DNA of 64,000 nt from Octopus sinensis (taxonomy: Eukaryota): assembly GCF_006345805.1 (NCBI RefSeq), contig NC_043011.1, forward strand, positions 61,020,464-61,084,463, in the 5' to 3' direction. The notes below the pieces were generated by a model that did no database searches, was not told where the DNA came from, and saw nothing but the letters and a program-made list of their open reading frames with translations. Made by a program: the position numbers and the translations under genes. How positions within the stretch are numbered: position 1 is the first letter of the stretch; each line of letters begins with the position of its first letter. This document shows, one piece after another, positions 1-13,625 of this stretch.

Positions 1-414
1 TCACCATCCACATTTTCACTTCTTATTCTCTCGTGCTTTCATCTTAATCCTTGACATAAACACTAAAATCAACATCTCTTTTCAAGCATTCGCTTTCACA
101 TTATGATTAAATAAATGATTTTAGAAGCGAACTTTAAACTCTGTCGTTAATAAGATATCAATCTTCATATTTTTTGTCTAGCAACATTTAATATGTCTGG
201 CCTTTCGAACTTCACTACGCGTAGAAAACATTGCCAAACTTAATAAGTTCGCAATTCTTTGCATGAATTTTCATTTCATGGATTAACACGACTATATTCA
301 GTTCTGCTTTTTCTTTTCAGTTGCATTTCTGTATTCGAGTAACTGTTCGTGTTTTTTCACCATTCCTACATTCATATACTTCAGTAAATATTTTGTAATA
401 TTGTAATTTAACCG

Positions 415-504
415 AGGCGGTGAGCTGGCAGAATCGGTAGAACGTTGGGTAAAATGCTTAGTGGCATATCTGACTTGGAATTTCACGCTCTAACTCCAAA
501 TTCC
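415..504 (+). mobile_element. tRNA-derived SINE family A, decayed head only
   Basis: AGGCGGTGAGCTGGCAGAATCGGTAG...AACTCCAAATTCC matches the head of the better copies at 63877-64000 and 58934. Confidence 0.7.
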
Positions 505-524
505 ATTTATATACCCGTTGTATA

Positions 525-690
525 TGAATACTATGTAAATATTCTTTTAGAAAACATTTTATTTAATTTTTCCAAAATTTAATTGAAAAAGTCTCAATAA
601 CTGAAACCGGTGCTAAAATGTTTTTTATGATAAAATTATTTTAGCATTTTCTACCTTGACTTTTTCCCTTTTATATATATATATATATAA
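525..690 (+). mobile_element. Decayed 3' terminus of the Penelope-like element, with a degenerate HHR (583-615)
   Basis: Aligns by eye with 28440-28608 (TTGAAAA..GTCTCAA..GAAACCGGT..AAAATTATTTTAGCATTTTCTA) and ends in (TA)n. The cleavage triplet has become GUG. Confidence 0.7.
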
Positions 691-735
691 CATTCAAACT
701 TTGTTTATTTCCAGTCAGTTTATTCATAACAATAG

Positions 736-814
736 TCCGACACGTGTATCGATTGCACTAACTGCATATTGTTGTATATTCATAAGCAGCGATTTAGTCC
801 GATCTTTTCAGGGC
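736..814 (-). ncRNA. Degenerate HHR, mirror copy of 1302-1390
   Basis: Minus strand reads GCC-CTGAAAA-GATC...AATC-GATA-CACGTG-TC-GGA, with two core substitutions. Confidence 0.4.
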
Positions 815-1069
815 ATATAAGTATAACATTTTTCGAAGAGGAATTTTCCTCTGCTATTAGTTTAAATTAAGCTTGGTAATTGTAGGAGACTGCTTAGCAA
901 TTACCCACTACTACTATTAATAACTTCCACAAATTTCAAATAATGTAATCAACTCTGAAATTTTTCAAAATACCTTCTGACTAAAATGTATGTAGAATCA
1001 ACCATCAATAAGTTTTCTATAAGTAAACACTCCCCGCCTAACCAAGAACGTTTGCTAATTTCAGCAAAC

Positions 1070-1168
1070 ACTGCTGCTGCTGCTGCCACTGCTGCTGCTG
1101 CCACTGCTGCTGCTGCTGCCACTGCTGCTGCTGCCACTGCTGCTGCTGCCACTGCTGCTGCTGCTACT
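1070..1168 (+). repeat. Compound trinucleotide repeat (ACT/GCT/GCC)n at the centre of the inverted-repeat element
   Basis: Repeating ACT(GCT)3-4GCC units. These produce the poly-Ala ORFs in the track. Confidence 0.95.
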
Positions 1169-1301
1169 GAATTTTACTCAAACAAATATTTGATAAAAAA
1201 ATTTCAGAAGAATGTCATGGTCTACCACTACTACTACTACGATGCTTAATTTAAACTAATAGCGGAGGAAAATTCCCCTTCGAAAAATGTCATACTTATA
1301 T

Positions 1302-1390
1302 GCTCTGAAGAGATCGTACTAATAATGTACAAACCGCTGCATACGAATATGCAGCAATATGCAGTTGGTGTGATTGAAACACGTGTCGGA
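1302..1390 (+). ncRNA. Putative type I hammerhead ribozyme with an enlarged stem II
   Basis: Core CTGAAGA 1305-1311; stem II GATC/GATT (1312-1315/1372-1375); GAAA 1376-1379; palindrome ACACGTGT 1379-1386; GUC triplet ending at 1387. Stem I is weak (2 bp, then an internal loop). Confidence 0.55.
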
Positions 1391-1631
1391 TTATTGTTAT
1401 GAATAAAATAACCGAAAATAAACATAAAGTTTGAATGTTCAAATTCTTCCTTATTATGAATATTGCACCTTACACTCTAAGAAGCAAAGGAATAAACTGA
1501 AACATCGGATAGGAGCTAAAGGAAGTTTACCGAAAAAACGCACCATCAGAAGGAACCAGCCTTGGCATTTTACTCAGAGAAATCTTGTATACGCCTGGAT
1601 GTTATATCTCGCCTCTCACTGTCTCTACATA

Positions 1632-1993
1632 TATATGTGTGTGTGTGCGTGTGTGTGTATGCGTGTGTGTGTGTGTGTGTGTGTGGGTATATGTGTGTGC
1701 ACGCGAGTGCATATATGTGTGTGTATTCTGCCAGCTCGCCGCTATGTATAGAGTGTTGGTGAATCTATGCTTATGTTCTTCCTAGTTATATACCTTATGG
1801 ATTCCTTTCCCGTAATCTAGCGCTTCGTTAAATGAACAAAAAGTTAATGTTTATTTATTTTCATACTTCTGTCTGTCTTACCTGTCTTTCTGGCTGTGTC
1901 TGTCTGCCTGCCTGCAGGTATGTACGTATGTATCTAACTATCTATCTGTGTGTTTGTGTGTGTCCATCTATCTTTCTACTCTCTATCTACCAC

Positions 1994-2062
<69 letters not shown>

Positions 2063-2078
2063 TTTTCTGGCTGTACGG

Positions 2079-2112
<34 letters not shown>

Positions 2113-2171
2113 CTGTCTGTCTGTCTGTCTGTCTATGTATGTATGCATCTATCCATCTGTGTCTGTATGCC

Positions 2172-2202
<31 letters not shown>

Positions 2203-3220
2203 GTCTATCTGTTTATATCTCTATCTATCTGTCTACGTGTCTGTTTATCTATCTGTCCGTCTGTCCGTCTGCCCACATGCCATTGTTTATGTATGTATGT
2301 ATGTATGTATGTATGTATGTGTGTGTGTGTGTGTATGTATGTATGTGTGTGCGTGCATAAATATTCGCACTGGCAAAATATCAACTTCTTCGACTTTCTA
2401 ATTTTCTCCATCGATGATCACAACCTGTTTCCGTTGCAGGAGAGCAACACGAAAACGAGGAGAGGCTGAAACGCACAGCACAGAGCTCTGATACATGTCT
2501 ATGTATGAGTGTATTTGTGTATGCGTGTGTATATGCATGTGTGATGGGTCTGTATGTATGCGAGTGTGTATGTATGTATGTATGTATGTATGTATGTATG
2601 TATGTATGCGTGTGTATGTGTGTGAGTATGTATGTGTGTATGTATGCGTGTGTATGTATGTGTGCATGTTTGTATGTATGTATGTGTGTGTGTGTATGTA
2701 TGTATGTATGTATGTGTGTATGTATGTATGTATGTATGTATGTATGTATGCATGTATGTGTGTGCATGTATGTGTGTATGTATGCGAGTATGTATGTATG
2801 TGTGCATGTGCGTGTGAATGTATGTATGTATGTAAGTGTATGTGTATATGTATGAATGTATGTATGTGTGTATGTATGAATGTGTATATGAATGTGTATG
2901 AATGTATGTATGTATGTATGTGTATGTGTGTATATGTATATGCACGTATGTGTGCATGTATGTATGTATATATTTATGTATGTATGTATGTGTGTATGTA
3001 TGTATGTATGCGTGTATCTGTGTTCGTATGTCTATGCGTATGCATCTATGTATATTTGTGCGTCTCTATTGAATGTGTGCATCAATGCATGCATGTACAT
3101 GTGTGTATATATGTATTCCTTTACTTCATACGCATGTATATATGTATGTGTGAATATATACAGCGATCCACACACACACACACACACACAGACGCACACA
3201 TATGTTGATGTATGTATGTG
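1632..3220. repeat. Compound microsatellite field (GT)n/(TATC)n/(TGTC)n/(TATG)n
   Basis: Directly visible simple repeats with short unique spacers. Confidence 0.95.
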
Positions 3221-3324
3221 TGTATGGTTGTTTCTGTAGAGGTATATATTTCTCTCTGCGTACTTTTGCATTTATTGCATGTCATTACGTGTTGAAATTC
3301 GTAAGTTCTGAACATTTTAGCCCT

Positions 3325-4185
3325 CTCACACACGCACAGACACATACTTACATAAACACACACACACACACACAAAACGCACGTACGGACACACGCACAA
3401 ACACACACACACAAACATACATGCTTACACACAAAGAAAGGCACACATACCCACTCATTCACACACACTCACACACATGCGCACTCACACGTACACAAAA
3501 ACACAGACACACATACCCACTCATTCACACACACTCACGCACGCACACGCCCACACATACACTCGCGCACACGTACACAAAGCACAGACACACACACCAA
3601 CTCATTCACACACACAATCATAAAAAATACATATATGCTCACACATAAACACACGCATACACGTTCACACACATGCACACCTGTGCATACCCACTCTTTC
3701 ACCACCCCCACTCACACAGACTCACGCACACCCAAACATACATGCTCACACACACTAAAGCGCACATACACACACACTCTCAAACACACTCATGCACAGA
3801 CACGCACACACATACACACGCTTACACACACCCACTCATTCACAGACACATGCGTTCTGTCTCACACTCATACACACAAGCACACAAACATACATGCTCA
3901 CACACACTAAAGCACACATACGCACACACTCACAAACACACTCACAAAGACACTCACACACACACACACGCTTACACACACCCACTCATTCACACACACA
4001 TGCGCGCTCTCTCTCACGCGCATACACACACACACAAACATACATGCTTACACACACTAAAGCACACATACGCTCACACTCACAAACACACTCACACACA
4101 GACATACACACATACACGGTTACACACACCCGCTCATTCACACACACACGCACTCTCTCATACACATGCAACGCACACACGCACC
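3325..4185. repeat. CA-rich degenerate repeat with a ~150-bp higher-order period
   Basis: AAACATACATGCT(C/T)ACACACACTAAAGC recurs at 3734, 3886 and 4036; CCCACTCATTCACAC recurs throughout. Confidence 0.85.
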
Positions 4186-4590
4186 CCGCCACACCTATTA
4201 CTATGTATATACGTCAGTGTATATACACACTGCAGGCTTAACTTCGGCAATATTCTACATAGCTGCCACCGTTCCATTGCTGGTGGTTAATTATAATTTT
4301 GTAATTAGCCGCGGCTTTTCTAGTTTCCCGAAACCCATCAATTTGCTGCTGCTATCGAATCGCTTAGTTATATAACCATGTGCTACGCTCTCACGATAAT
4401 CATAGGCATAAATCTAGTTATAATTTGAGATTAGAATCTACTTATTGATCATTAATCTGCTAAAGAACAGCATTTCCTGGGGCTAAACAAAAACAACTGC
4501 AGCAGCAACAACAACAACAAAACCACTCGACAGTGCCTCCACTAAATAGTTACTCATGTGGCCGTGTCGATAAGAAGTTAGCCCCACAAC

Positions 4591-5262
4591 TACGTAGGTG
4601 GGCTGAAAAGTTCGTTGGCTGATTAAGAAGGAGTCATCATGCAGTAATTAAACTTGGTATGCATTAAATTCAACCCTTAATGAGGCTAATTGCATTTTTA
4701 CTTTCCAGATAAACACAGATTACATACAGAATTGATGAATTAGAAAGATGGTACAAGTGGCATGTCGTGAAAATGGATAAAATTTGGCACTATGGTGTTA
4801 TCAAATATCTGCAGAAAAAGGAGTTAGCCCCCAAGAACACTAACGCTGACATTATTGCTACATTAGGGGGATGATGCTGAAGTTTTATCAGCTGTGCTAA
4901 AGTGGGCAGCTGAATTCAAGAGGGGTAAGAAGAGTCTTGAAGATGACCCGAAGTCCGGGCGTCCTGCCATAGCTACCACCCAAGAAAACATCAACTGATG
5001 AAAAACAGACATTTAATCGGATAGCGTATGCTGTAGGCATCTCCCGTCAATTAGTTGAGAACATTCTGCATAACAAGCTTGGCATGTCGAAGGTTTCCAC
5101 TCAGTGGCTGCGACGCTTTTAGCGCCTGATCAAAGGCGCACCAGGCTGGTCAGATCGCAGGCGAACTTGGCACTTTTTGAAGCAAATCCAGCCGGTTTTC
5201 TTTGATGTTTCCTCATCCAAGATGAATGCTGGATTCATCACTTTGATCCAGAGACCAAACAG
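4591..5262 (+). mobile_element. Mariner (Tc1/mariner) transposon, left end plus decayed N-terminal transposase
   Basis: From the ATG at 4773: MDKIWHYGVIKYLQKK..KWAAEFKRGKKSLEDDPKSGRP..LGMSKVSTQW..DECWIHHFDPETKQ (HTH region and first catalytic Asp), with stops and frameshifts. A TA-initiated, TIR-like TACGTAGGTGGGCTGAAAAGTT lies at 4591. Confidence 0.85.
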
Positions 5263-5291
5263 CTGTATATATGTATATATATGTATATATC

Positions 5292-5389
<98 letters not shown>

Positions 5390-5627
5390 ATATATATATA
5401 ATATATATATATATATCACACACACACACATATATATATATATAGTAATTTGCGGTCACAGCCACTTCGACTTGCCCACACTACCAGAACTAACGTATAT
5501 TACCTACCACGTACTCTTGCACGTACCCGATTTTAAGAAAATAACATTTTCGTTCTTGTTTTTCATAAATATATACTTACTTGTGTATTACCTCTACACA
5601 TTTTTTTCAAAAACACTCCACCCCACC

Positions 5628-5662
<35 letters not shown>

Positions 5663-5665
<3 letters not shown>

Positions 5666-5939
5666 ACAATTGAGGGTAAAATTAATTAATTAATCAATTT
5701 CACCAAGTGTTCAGTATGTAAAAGGACCATTTATCTGAGAGAAATTTTCTTTAAGTTGTAGAAATGCTAAGAAAATTTTTTTGGGCTGCTATTTCTACTA
5801 AGTTCAGTATGTGGCAAAGTAATTTATTTTACTAAGCCCTAATTATATAATGTAAATTTTTTATATATATATATATATTTAATTAATCAATATAGGGTGG
5901 CAAAAAATTTCGCAGAATTTTTTGCCACCAGCGGCCTAG
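5663..5939 (+). mobile_element. Short non-autonomous element with Helitron-like termini (assignment tentative)
   Basis: A|TC start. A 14-bp hairpin GGTGGCAAAAAATT/AATTTTTTGCCACC (5896-5929) is followed 6 nt later by CTAG|T. The head and body are shared with 24207-24560. Confidence 0.45.
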
Positions 5940-6294
5940 TGGGAAAAAAGTAAATAGTCATAGACCATTTATAAATTCAACAGCAAAATTAAGGAACGGC
6001 CATAATAGGCCATTCAACCCACTAGAAATAACAGCCAAGGCTTCAACCGCAAAACAATATTAATTCCGTAAACCAGGAGAAAACTTAAAAAACATTTACC
6101 CTGTAATACTTTATACGATGCATCGTTTCGTCTATTCTTTAATGGTAAATACATACACATAATCAGATCCCAAACCCTAAACTTGGAATATTTTATTGAA
6201 TTCATCAGGAAACAATAAAAATCGACTATAATATTCAATATTAGTGGCTGTATCACTGTCAATGTGTATCATTGTGTGTGTGTATGTGTGTGAA

Positions 6295-6341
6295 GTCGGT
6301 GCTCCAGCATGGCCGCGGTCAAATGACTGAAACAAGCAAAA
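6295..6341 (+). mobile_element. SINE family B 3' tail, solitary
   Basis: CGGTGCTCCAGCATGGCCGCGGTCAAATGACTGAAACAAG matches 54990-55049. Confidence 0.75.
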
Positions 6342-9305
6342 ACGATGTAAAAAAAATATAATGACTCTTTTATTATGGCTGCTGGCATCAGTAATTACAT
6401 ATTAAAAGCGACAAGATGCTCGAGGACAGGAAAAGCAAAGACTTTAAAAAGCTCACGTCGCTGAAGGGACAGATTGCTAATTAATAAAGATTCAGCTAAA
6501 GATTGTAGAGAGGAAAGTAAACGTCCGATCATGGCAACAGACCACCACGAAGATCCGCGGAAACATTAATCATGTGGAAGTTTGCTTTAATAATAAATAG
6601 ACCTATTAAATACATCGTAAGTAAGTGTCGAACAGTTTTGTAAATGCAGATGAAATAGGGTTTTTACACCACATCTGTATTCGAAGGAGAATATTCCATG
6701 GGGTTTTTTCTCTGCTGAGTCTGTGATATGTTTATCGTTTATTTCCTTCAGTTATTAGCCTCTGGTCATTTTAGGGCACCTCCTTGAAGGAGTTTGTCGA
6801 ATGAATGAACCCCGGTAATTAATTTTAATCCTTTTACTTATTCAGTCCATCAAAATTGCCAAACTCCTAGGTAACGGTGACGTAAACAAACCAATACAGG
6901 TTTTCAAGCTGTAGTGGTGGTGATGGTGGTGGGGGGACAAACACAAGCGCAAGGACACAAAAGTACTTGCATACGTGCATATTCATGTGTGTGTATACAC
7001 ACACACAGGCACACACACACGCGCACAAATATACATATATAATTTATGGTTAGGTTAACAAACCTACCAGTTGTCCCATGTCGGGAAGATTTCTCTCAAC
7101 GATTATCAACAATGGCAGCGCTCGTACTCGTCTCTATCTTGGATGAGAATGCAGAACTGATATATATGCATCCGACTTACCTTTCACACAATTTTCGTTA
7201 ATTCATTCACTCGGACCTGGGACTATCGTAGATGATACTTGCCAAAGATGCTTGGCTGGGAATTGAATCCAAAACCATGTGATTGCAAAGCTAAATTCTC
7301 TGCCCATATCTTGACAGCCTTCACTGTCTTTGCCATAAATTGTATGAACTGCTAGTTGCTTCAATGGAGACTTGTAATCACCTAACGACGCTATAGTTCA
7401 TATTTTGCCTTATAAGATAATTAAATATATACATAGAACTATACATTGGTTCTTAGGTTACACATAAGATGCAGTAATAAATTTGCGCTGAAATCATAAA
7501 TAAATTCATCAAAACGAACTAATAACAATAATATTCCGGGAAAATGCGTCTGTTACTGACGAGAAATATCTCTAATTACATAACTAACTCTGCACCCTTA
7601 TTAAATACACATTTCATAATCTGGCTTGTATGGGTAGCAACACATCTACCAAGCGTAACTGTGCAGAATACCTAATCGATATTCTTATCAGCACCTTTAC
7701 TGGATATTTACAGTGAATGTGAAATAGATGCTAGCGTCTTCAAGAAAGAGACTTAACTTCTACGGGGTCACTAGACTGTACGGCACCTTGGGCAAATGTT
7801 GTTACTATAGCCACGTGTAGACCAATGCGCTGTAAGTGCATTTGGTAAAACGATAAAAGGTAAAAGATATTTTAGTTTTTCGTAGGGATTTGGGAACGGC
7901 AAATAAATTTAAAACCAAAAACAAAAACCATACAACAACCCTCTCAAGGTTTATACTGTTTAATGAAAAGAATTACCAACACATCATACGTGGAGACCAT
8001 CCAATGGGCTTCCATATATTTTCAGTCTGTTCCATGTTACTTATAAGAACTCAACTCGGATAGACACGAAACTATGGAACAAGGCACTGAAAGTGTAACA
8101 AAATTGGATAACTACAGGAATCTTATGATTGTGAAGGGAAATGTGAAACAACACGACACACAAATACACACACGAACGCAAATACTAATACGATTTTTAT
8201 ATATATTTTAATCAGTAGGTATTTAGATCTCACTTTGCTTCTTTCTCCGTCTCTCTCTCTCTCACTCTCACGCTCTCTCTCTTTCTGTTTCTTAATTATT
8301 ATTTCTTTGATTCCCTCTTACTAATTAGTTATGTGTACTTCATGAATGTGTGTGCACAACTAATTGTTAGTATGAAAAGCATTGCACCAAGAGAGAACAA
8401 CAGAAGCAACCGACCGCTAACTCAATTACACAAATATCAGAAGCTAACATCCAGCTGTTTGTGTTTCATTCTGTAAAACACGTTTTGTTTATCCAGAATC
8501 CAATCCGAAAGAAGACGTGCCAATCATAAATTAAATACGTAACTAAATGCATAAACAAATAATTAAATAAAAGATAAAAGTAAAAAAGGGATATAAAAAA
8601 CCTGTTTTTAAATTTAGTCTTTTCCTACAAGTGTTTTTTTATGGAACGATTCACGGAGGAAGGATTATGCGATGAGTTACCAATATAAAATTCCAATTTA
8701 TAATTTGATTTGAAAATTCAGACTTGGGATGGCAAATGCATTTTACAACAAATTAGAATAATTCTTTTGAGGTATTAACAAAATTGATTTTTCTCAGATA
8801 GTTAATACTATTTTATAGAAAGTTTCGACATGTCGCCATTGCATTCTCTGATATTACAATTGGTGAATTCCCATATCTGTTAGTTATAGATTTAAGCTAT
8901 CTCATTGACGGTATGTTTCTCTATAATTAGTTTGTCATACGGCTCACATTTTGTATCGTTTAACATGTTTATCACAAATGATCTGTGAGAATAAACGAGG
9001 AAGGTATTTGTAAACGAGATCTAGGTATAAAACTCTAATCGAATGCAGGAGGCAGATGCCTCCGCAGATATTTGCTGTGTAAATTAACGAGCGTAAATCC
9101 AATTAGATATAATGGTTTACTTCTTCTCATCTAGCCAAAGGTAACATACACACGCTCGAACATATACACAAACTCACATACACATAGGATTTCGCATATA
9201 TATGACATCAAAAGAAAGCAAATACGTGTAAATATGATACAGTTATATATGCGCGTGATCAAGCATACGAAAGTATATAGGCATTCATACATTTACACAT
9301 AAGAT

Positions 9306-12125
9306 ATCATCATCATCATCATCATCATCATCGTTTAACGTCCGTTTTCTGCGCTGGCACTGGTTGGAAGGTTCGACCCGGGTCTGGGAAGCCAGGGGCT
9401 GCACCAGGCTCCAGTCTGATCTGGCAGTGTTTCTACAGCTGGATGCCCTTTCTAACGCCAACCACTCCAAGAGTGTAGTGGGTGCTTTTTACGTGCCACC
9501 GGCACAGGGGAGTCTGGAATCGGCCACGATCGGTTGGTGCTTTTAACGTGCTACAGGCACGGAAGCCAGCCAAGGCGGTGCTGGCATCGGCCACGTTCGG
9601 ATGGTGCTTTTTATGTGCCACCGGCACAGAAGCCAGTCGAGGCGGCGCTGGCATCGGCTACGTCCGGATGGTGCTTTTTATGTGCCACTGGCACAGGTAT
9701 CACAACTGCTATTTCCATTGATATTTATTTCGATGTTCATGTACTTGACTCAACAGGTCTCCTCAAGCACAGCTGGATGTTCTGGAATCCAAGGTACTTT
9801 GAATGGGCAGGGGCTATGCAGAACTGGTGCAGGAAGCAGTCCGGGTCTTTGCAGTCACAGCATATCTCCAGAGATCTCGGTCCTTCGCCATTGCTTCAGT
9901 GAGGCCCAACGCTCTGAGGTCATCCCATGTCTTCCTGGGTCTACCTCACTCCCTGATTCCTTCAACTGTTTGGGAGCGGCACTTCTTCACACATCTCTCC
10001 TCATCCATCCGCAGTACATGACCATACCATCGCAAGCGTCGCTCTTGCACACCACATCTGATGCTTCTTATGTCCAACATTTCTCTCAGGGTGCTTACAC
10101 TCTGTCGTGCGTGCACACTGACATTACACATCCAGCGGATCATGCTAGCTTCATTTCTTTCAAGTCTACGCATGTCCTCTGCAGTCACGACCCATGTTTC
10201 ACTACCGTGAAGCATGGCAGTTCGCACACATGCATCATACAATCTACCTTTCACTCTGAGTGAGAGGCCCTTTGTCGCCAGTAGGGGTAGGAGCTTTCTA
10301 AACTTTGCCCAGGCTATTCGTATTCTAGTGGTGACACTCTCTGAGCATCCACCTCCACTACTAACTTGGTCACCCAGGTAGCGGAAACTATCGACTACTT
10401 CTAGTTTCTCCCTCTGGAGTGTGATGGAATCTGTTTTCTGAGTATTTGTGGTGTCTATTGTCCCAGTGCTTCTGCTGCATATGAAAGCTATCTTATCAGT
10501 TAATTTCCCTTTGATGTTGCTGCACCTCTTATGCGTCCATAGCTTACACTGGGTGCATCTTATGGAGTTTCTACCTACGCCTCCTACAGATCGAGCAGGG
10601 CCACCTGCCCGATGGGGTGTGTGCTGAGTTCGCCTTTCTGCTTACTATAACTTTGGTCTTTGCTACATTTACTCTAAGGCCCTTTGATTCTAACCCTTGC
10701 TTCCACACCCGAAATTTCTTTTCTAGTTCCGGTAGTGATTCCGCTATGAGGGCCAGGTCATCAGCATAGAGGAGCTCCCAGGGGCAACCTGTTTTGAATC
10801 CCTCTGTTATTGCCTAGAGGACTATGATGAATAAAAGGGGACTGAGTGCTGAGCCTTGGTGTACACCTACTTCTACCCGGAATTCTTCACTATATTCGTT
10901 GCCAATCCTAACCTTGCTGACAGCCTCTCTGTATAGGGCCTGTACAGCCCTTATTAGCCATTCGTCAATCTCCAGTTTCCGCATCTACCACCAGATAAGG
11001 GATCGGGGGACCCTGTCAAAGGCTTTCTCCAAGTCCACAAAAGCTATGTAGAGGGGTTTATCTTTAGCTAGGTACTTCTCCTGCAGTTGTCGGACCAGGA
11101 ATATAGCATCAGTGGTACTTCTACCCGGCACAAACGGAACTGCATCTCATCTAAGTAAATTCTCTCCCTAATGAGATGGGTTATGACCCTCTCTGTGACC
11201 TTCATCACCTGATCCAACAGTTTAATACCCCTGTAGTTATTTCTATCTAGAGCATCACCCTTACCCTTGTAGCAGTTGACTATGGTGCTGCTACGCTAGT
11301 CATTGGGTATGACTCCATTATGAACTACCTGGTTTACAATGCGGGTGACTAGGCCATAGCCCACATAACCAGCTGTTTTAAGCATCTCAGCAGTGATGCC
11401 TGACGGGCCGGGGACTTTACCTGGTTTCATATCCTTAATTGCCTTAACTACAAGGGAGTTGTCTATTCGGATAGCTGGTCCCTCTACTGGGTCAACATTT
11501 GGCAGACTCTCCTCCTCCCATTCATTCTCCACATTCAGCAGTCTTTCATAATGGCTTCTCCAAGCCTCTTTCTTTTCACCAACATTAAAAGAAAGTGCCC
11601 CATCATCCATGCGGACACATTTCTCTCCTGTAACATCACTATTTTCTCTGACACACTGTCTGGCAATCCGAAATACCTCGGTTCTTTGGTCCTCACGTCG
11701 CTGGACATTGGCAAACTTCTTCTTTTCTGCTACATCTTTGGCTATGTATACCTGCCGCCCGGCCTCCCTTTTGACTACTTGGTACGGTTCCCTGCTACCC
11801 CCATCCCTCCAGGCTTTCCAGGCCTGTTTCTTTGCACTTATGGCTTTGTCTACTGCACTATTCCACCACCACGTAACTCTAGGTCTGGAAGGGACTTTGC
11901 ACCATTCACAGACTTGGTCTGTGGTACTCAGCAAGCTGTCCCGTAGGAATTTCCAGCTACCTTCTATGTCCGACGTCTGTAGCTCCTCCACCCTCTCATC
12001 AAATTTCTTGATGAGGATGTCCCTAAATTTCTGACCATGAGAAGGGTTCCTTAACTTCCAATTCCTTCTTTTCTGGATTGGTCTGTTTCTTGGAGTCCTT
12101 CTGGCCTCAAGCCTAAAGTGCCTCA
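9306..12125 (-). mobile_element. RTE-clade non-LTR retrotransposon, 5'-truncated and frameshifted (copy 1)
   Basis: Minus-strand RT fragments (NYRGIKLLDQV, GLSAEP/LSPLLFII region, LYADDL near 10760, LYDACVRTAMLHGSETW); 3' UTR with tandem repeats; (GAT)n tail at 9306-9331. Confidence 0.9.
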
Positions 12126-12188
12126 GGCATACATTTATATATATACATTAAAATTTGAATATTTCAACTACGTACATATATGCTTTTA

Positions 12189-12189
<1 letters not shown>

Positions 12190-12283
<94 letters not shown>

Positions 12284-12600
12284 ATATCTATCTATCTATC
12301 TATCTATCCATCTATCTATCCATGTATCTACTTACATATGCTTGTAAATATATATATGTATATATAAATGCATGAATATATAAATATAGAGTCATAAATA
12401 TACATGAATATATATATATATGTATATATAAATATATTTATATATAAATACATACATATATATATATATATACATACATATACATATATATATATATACA
12501 TATATATACATATATACATATATACATATATACATATATATATATACATACATATATATATATATAAATACGTATATATATTTATATATAAATACGTATA

Positions 12601-12642
<42 letters not shown>

Positions 12643-13625
12643 TATACATACATACACACACACACACACAAAAACACTCACACGCACAAACACACAAACA
12701 CACTCACACGCACAAACACACACACACACACACAACACACACACACACACACACACACCACACACATATATATATATATATATTATATATATATATATAT
12801 ACATATATAGTGAGTTTGTGTGACATTGTGTGTTCTGCTTGTCTAAAAGAAAATTCTGGTGGAGCAGCTTGATATATAAGATTTTATAAGTTCACGTCCC
12901 ATTAAAGCCAATATACTTCTCTTAACCAGTTGGTTTCGCCCACTTGACTCGATGCCATCAATGAGCAGCAACTGCTTGCACACCAGTAAATCTAAATACA
13001 GATGCCAAAAAATCGTAGAACATGCCACGAGGCATCTGTTTCCCGTTGCTCTAAAACTTCTGGCAACCATTTGACCACATCGTTATGTACATACATAGAT
13101 ATATACATACATACATACATACATACACACATACATACATATATGCATGCATAAATACATACATACATGCATACATGCATGCATACATACATACATACAT
13201 ACATACATGCATACATACAAACATACATACACGCATGCATATATACATACATACATACATACATACATGCATACATACATGCATACATGCATACATACAT
13301 ACATACATACATGTATGCATGCATACATACATACATACATACATACACGCATACATACATACATACATGCATACATACATGCATACATACATACATACAT
13401 ACATGTATGCATGCATACAGACATACATACATGCATACATACATACACGCATACATACATACATACATACATGCATATATACATACATACATGCATACGT
13501 ACATACATACATGCATACATGCGTACATACATACATACATACCTAACACATACATCCACATATATGCATACATGCATATATACATGCATGCATACATAAA
13601 TGCATACATACATGCAAACATACAT
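12190..13625. repeat. Microsatellite fields (TATC)n/(TA)n/(CA)n/(CATA)n around a unique spacer at ~12815-13085
   Basis: Directly visible. Confidence 0.9.

Larger units (their letters stand above)
689..1439. mobile_element. Non-autonomous inverted-repeat element (arms 689-872 and 1244-1439) with an HHR motif in each arm
   Basis: The reverse complement of 1244-1439 matches 689-872 (e.g. AACATTCAAACTTT..TTATTCATAACAAT..CCGACACGTGT..TTAGTTTAAATTAAGC). Weaker inverted similarity continues inward (TCTGAAATTTTT). Confidence 0.8.

Noticed and set aside
949-1249. Poly-Ala protein
   Set aside because: A trinucleotide repeat inside an inverted-repeat element, open on both strands.
1431-4290. Many long ORFs rich in YVCM, HT, IY or LSIY repeats, here and throughout the window
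   Set aside because: They are translations of stop-free microsatellites, open in several frames and on both strands.
12918-12966. Minus-strand TTGATGG..GAAACCAACTGGTTA
   Set aside because: The core has two changes and the stems do not pair convincingly.
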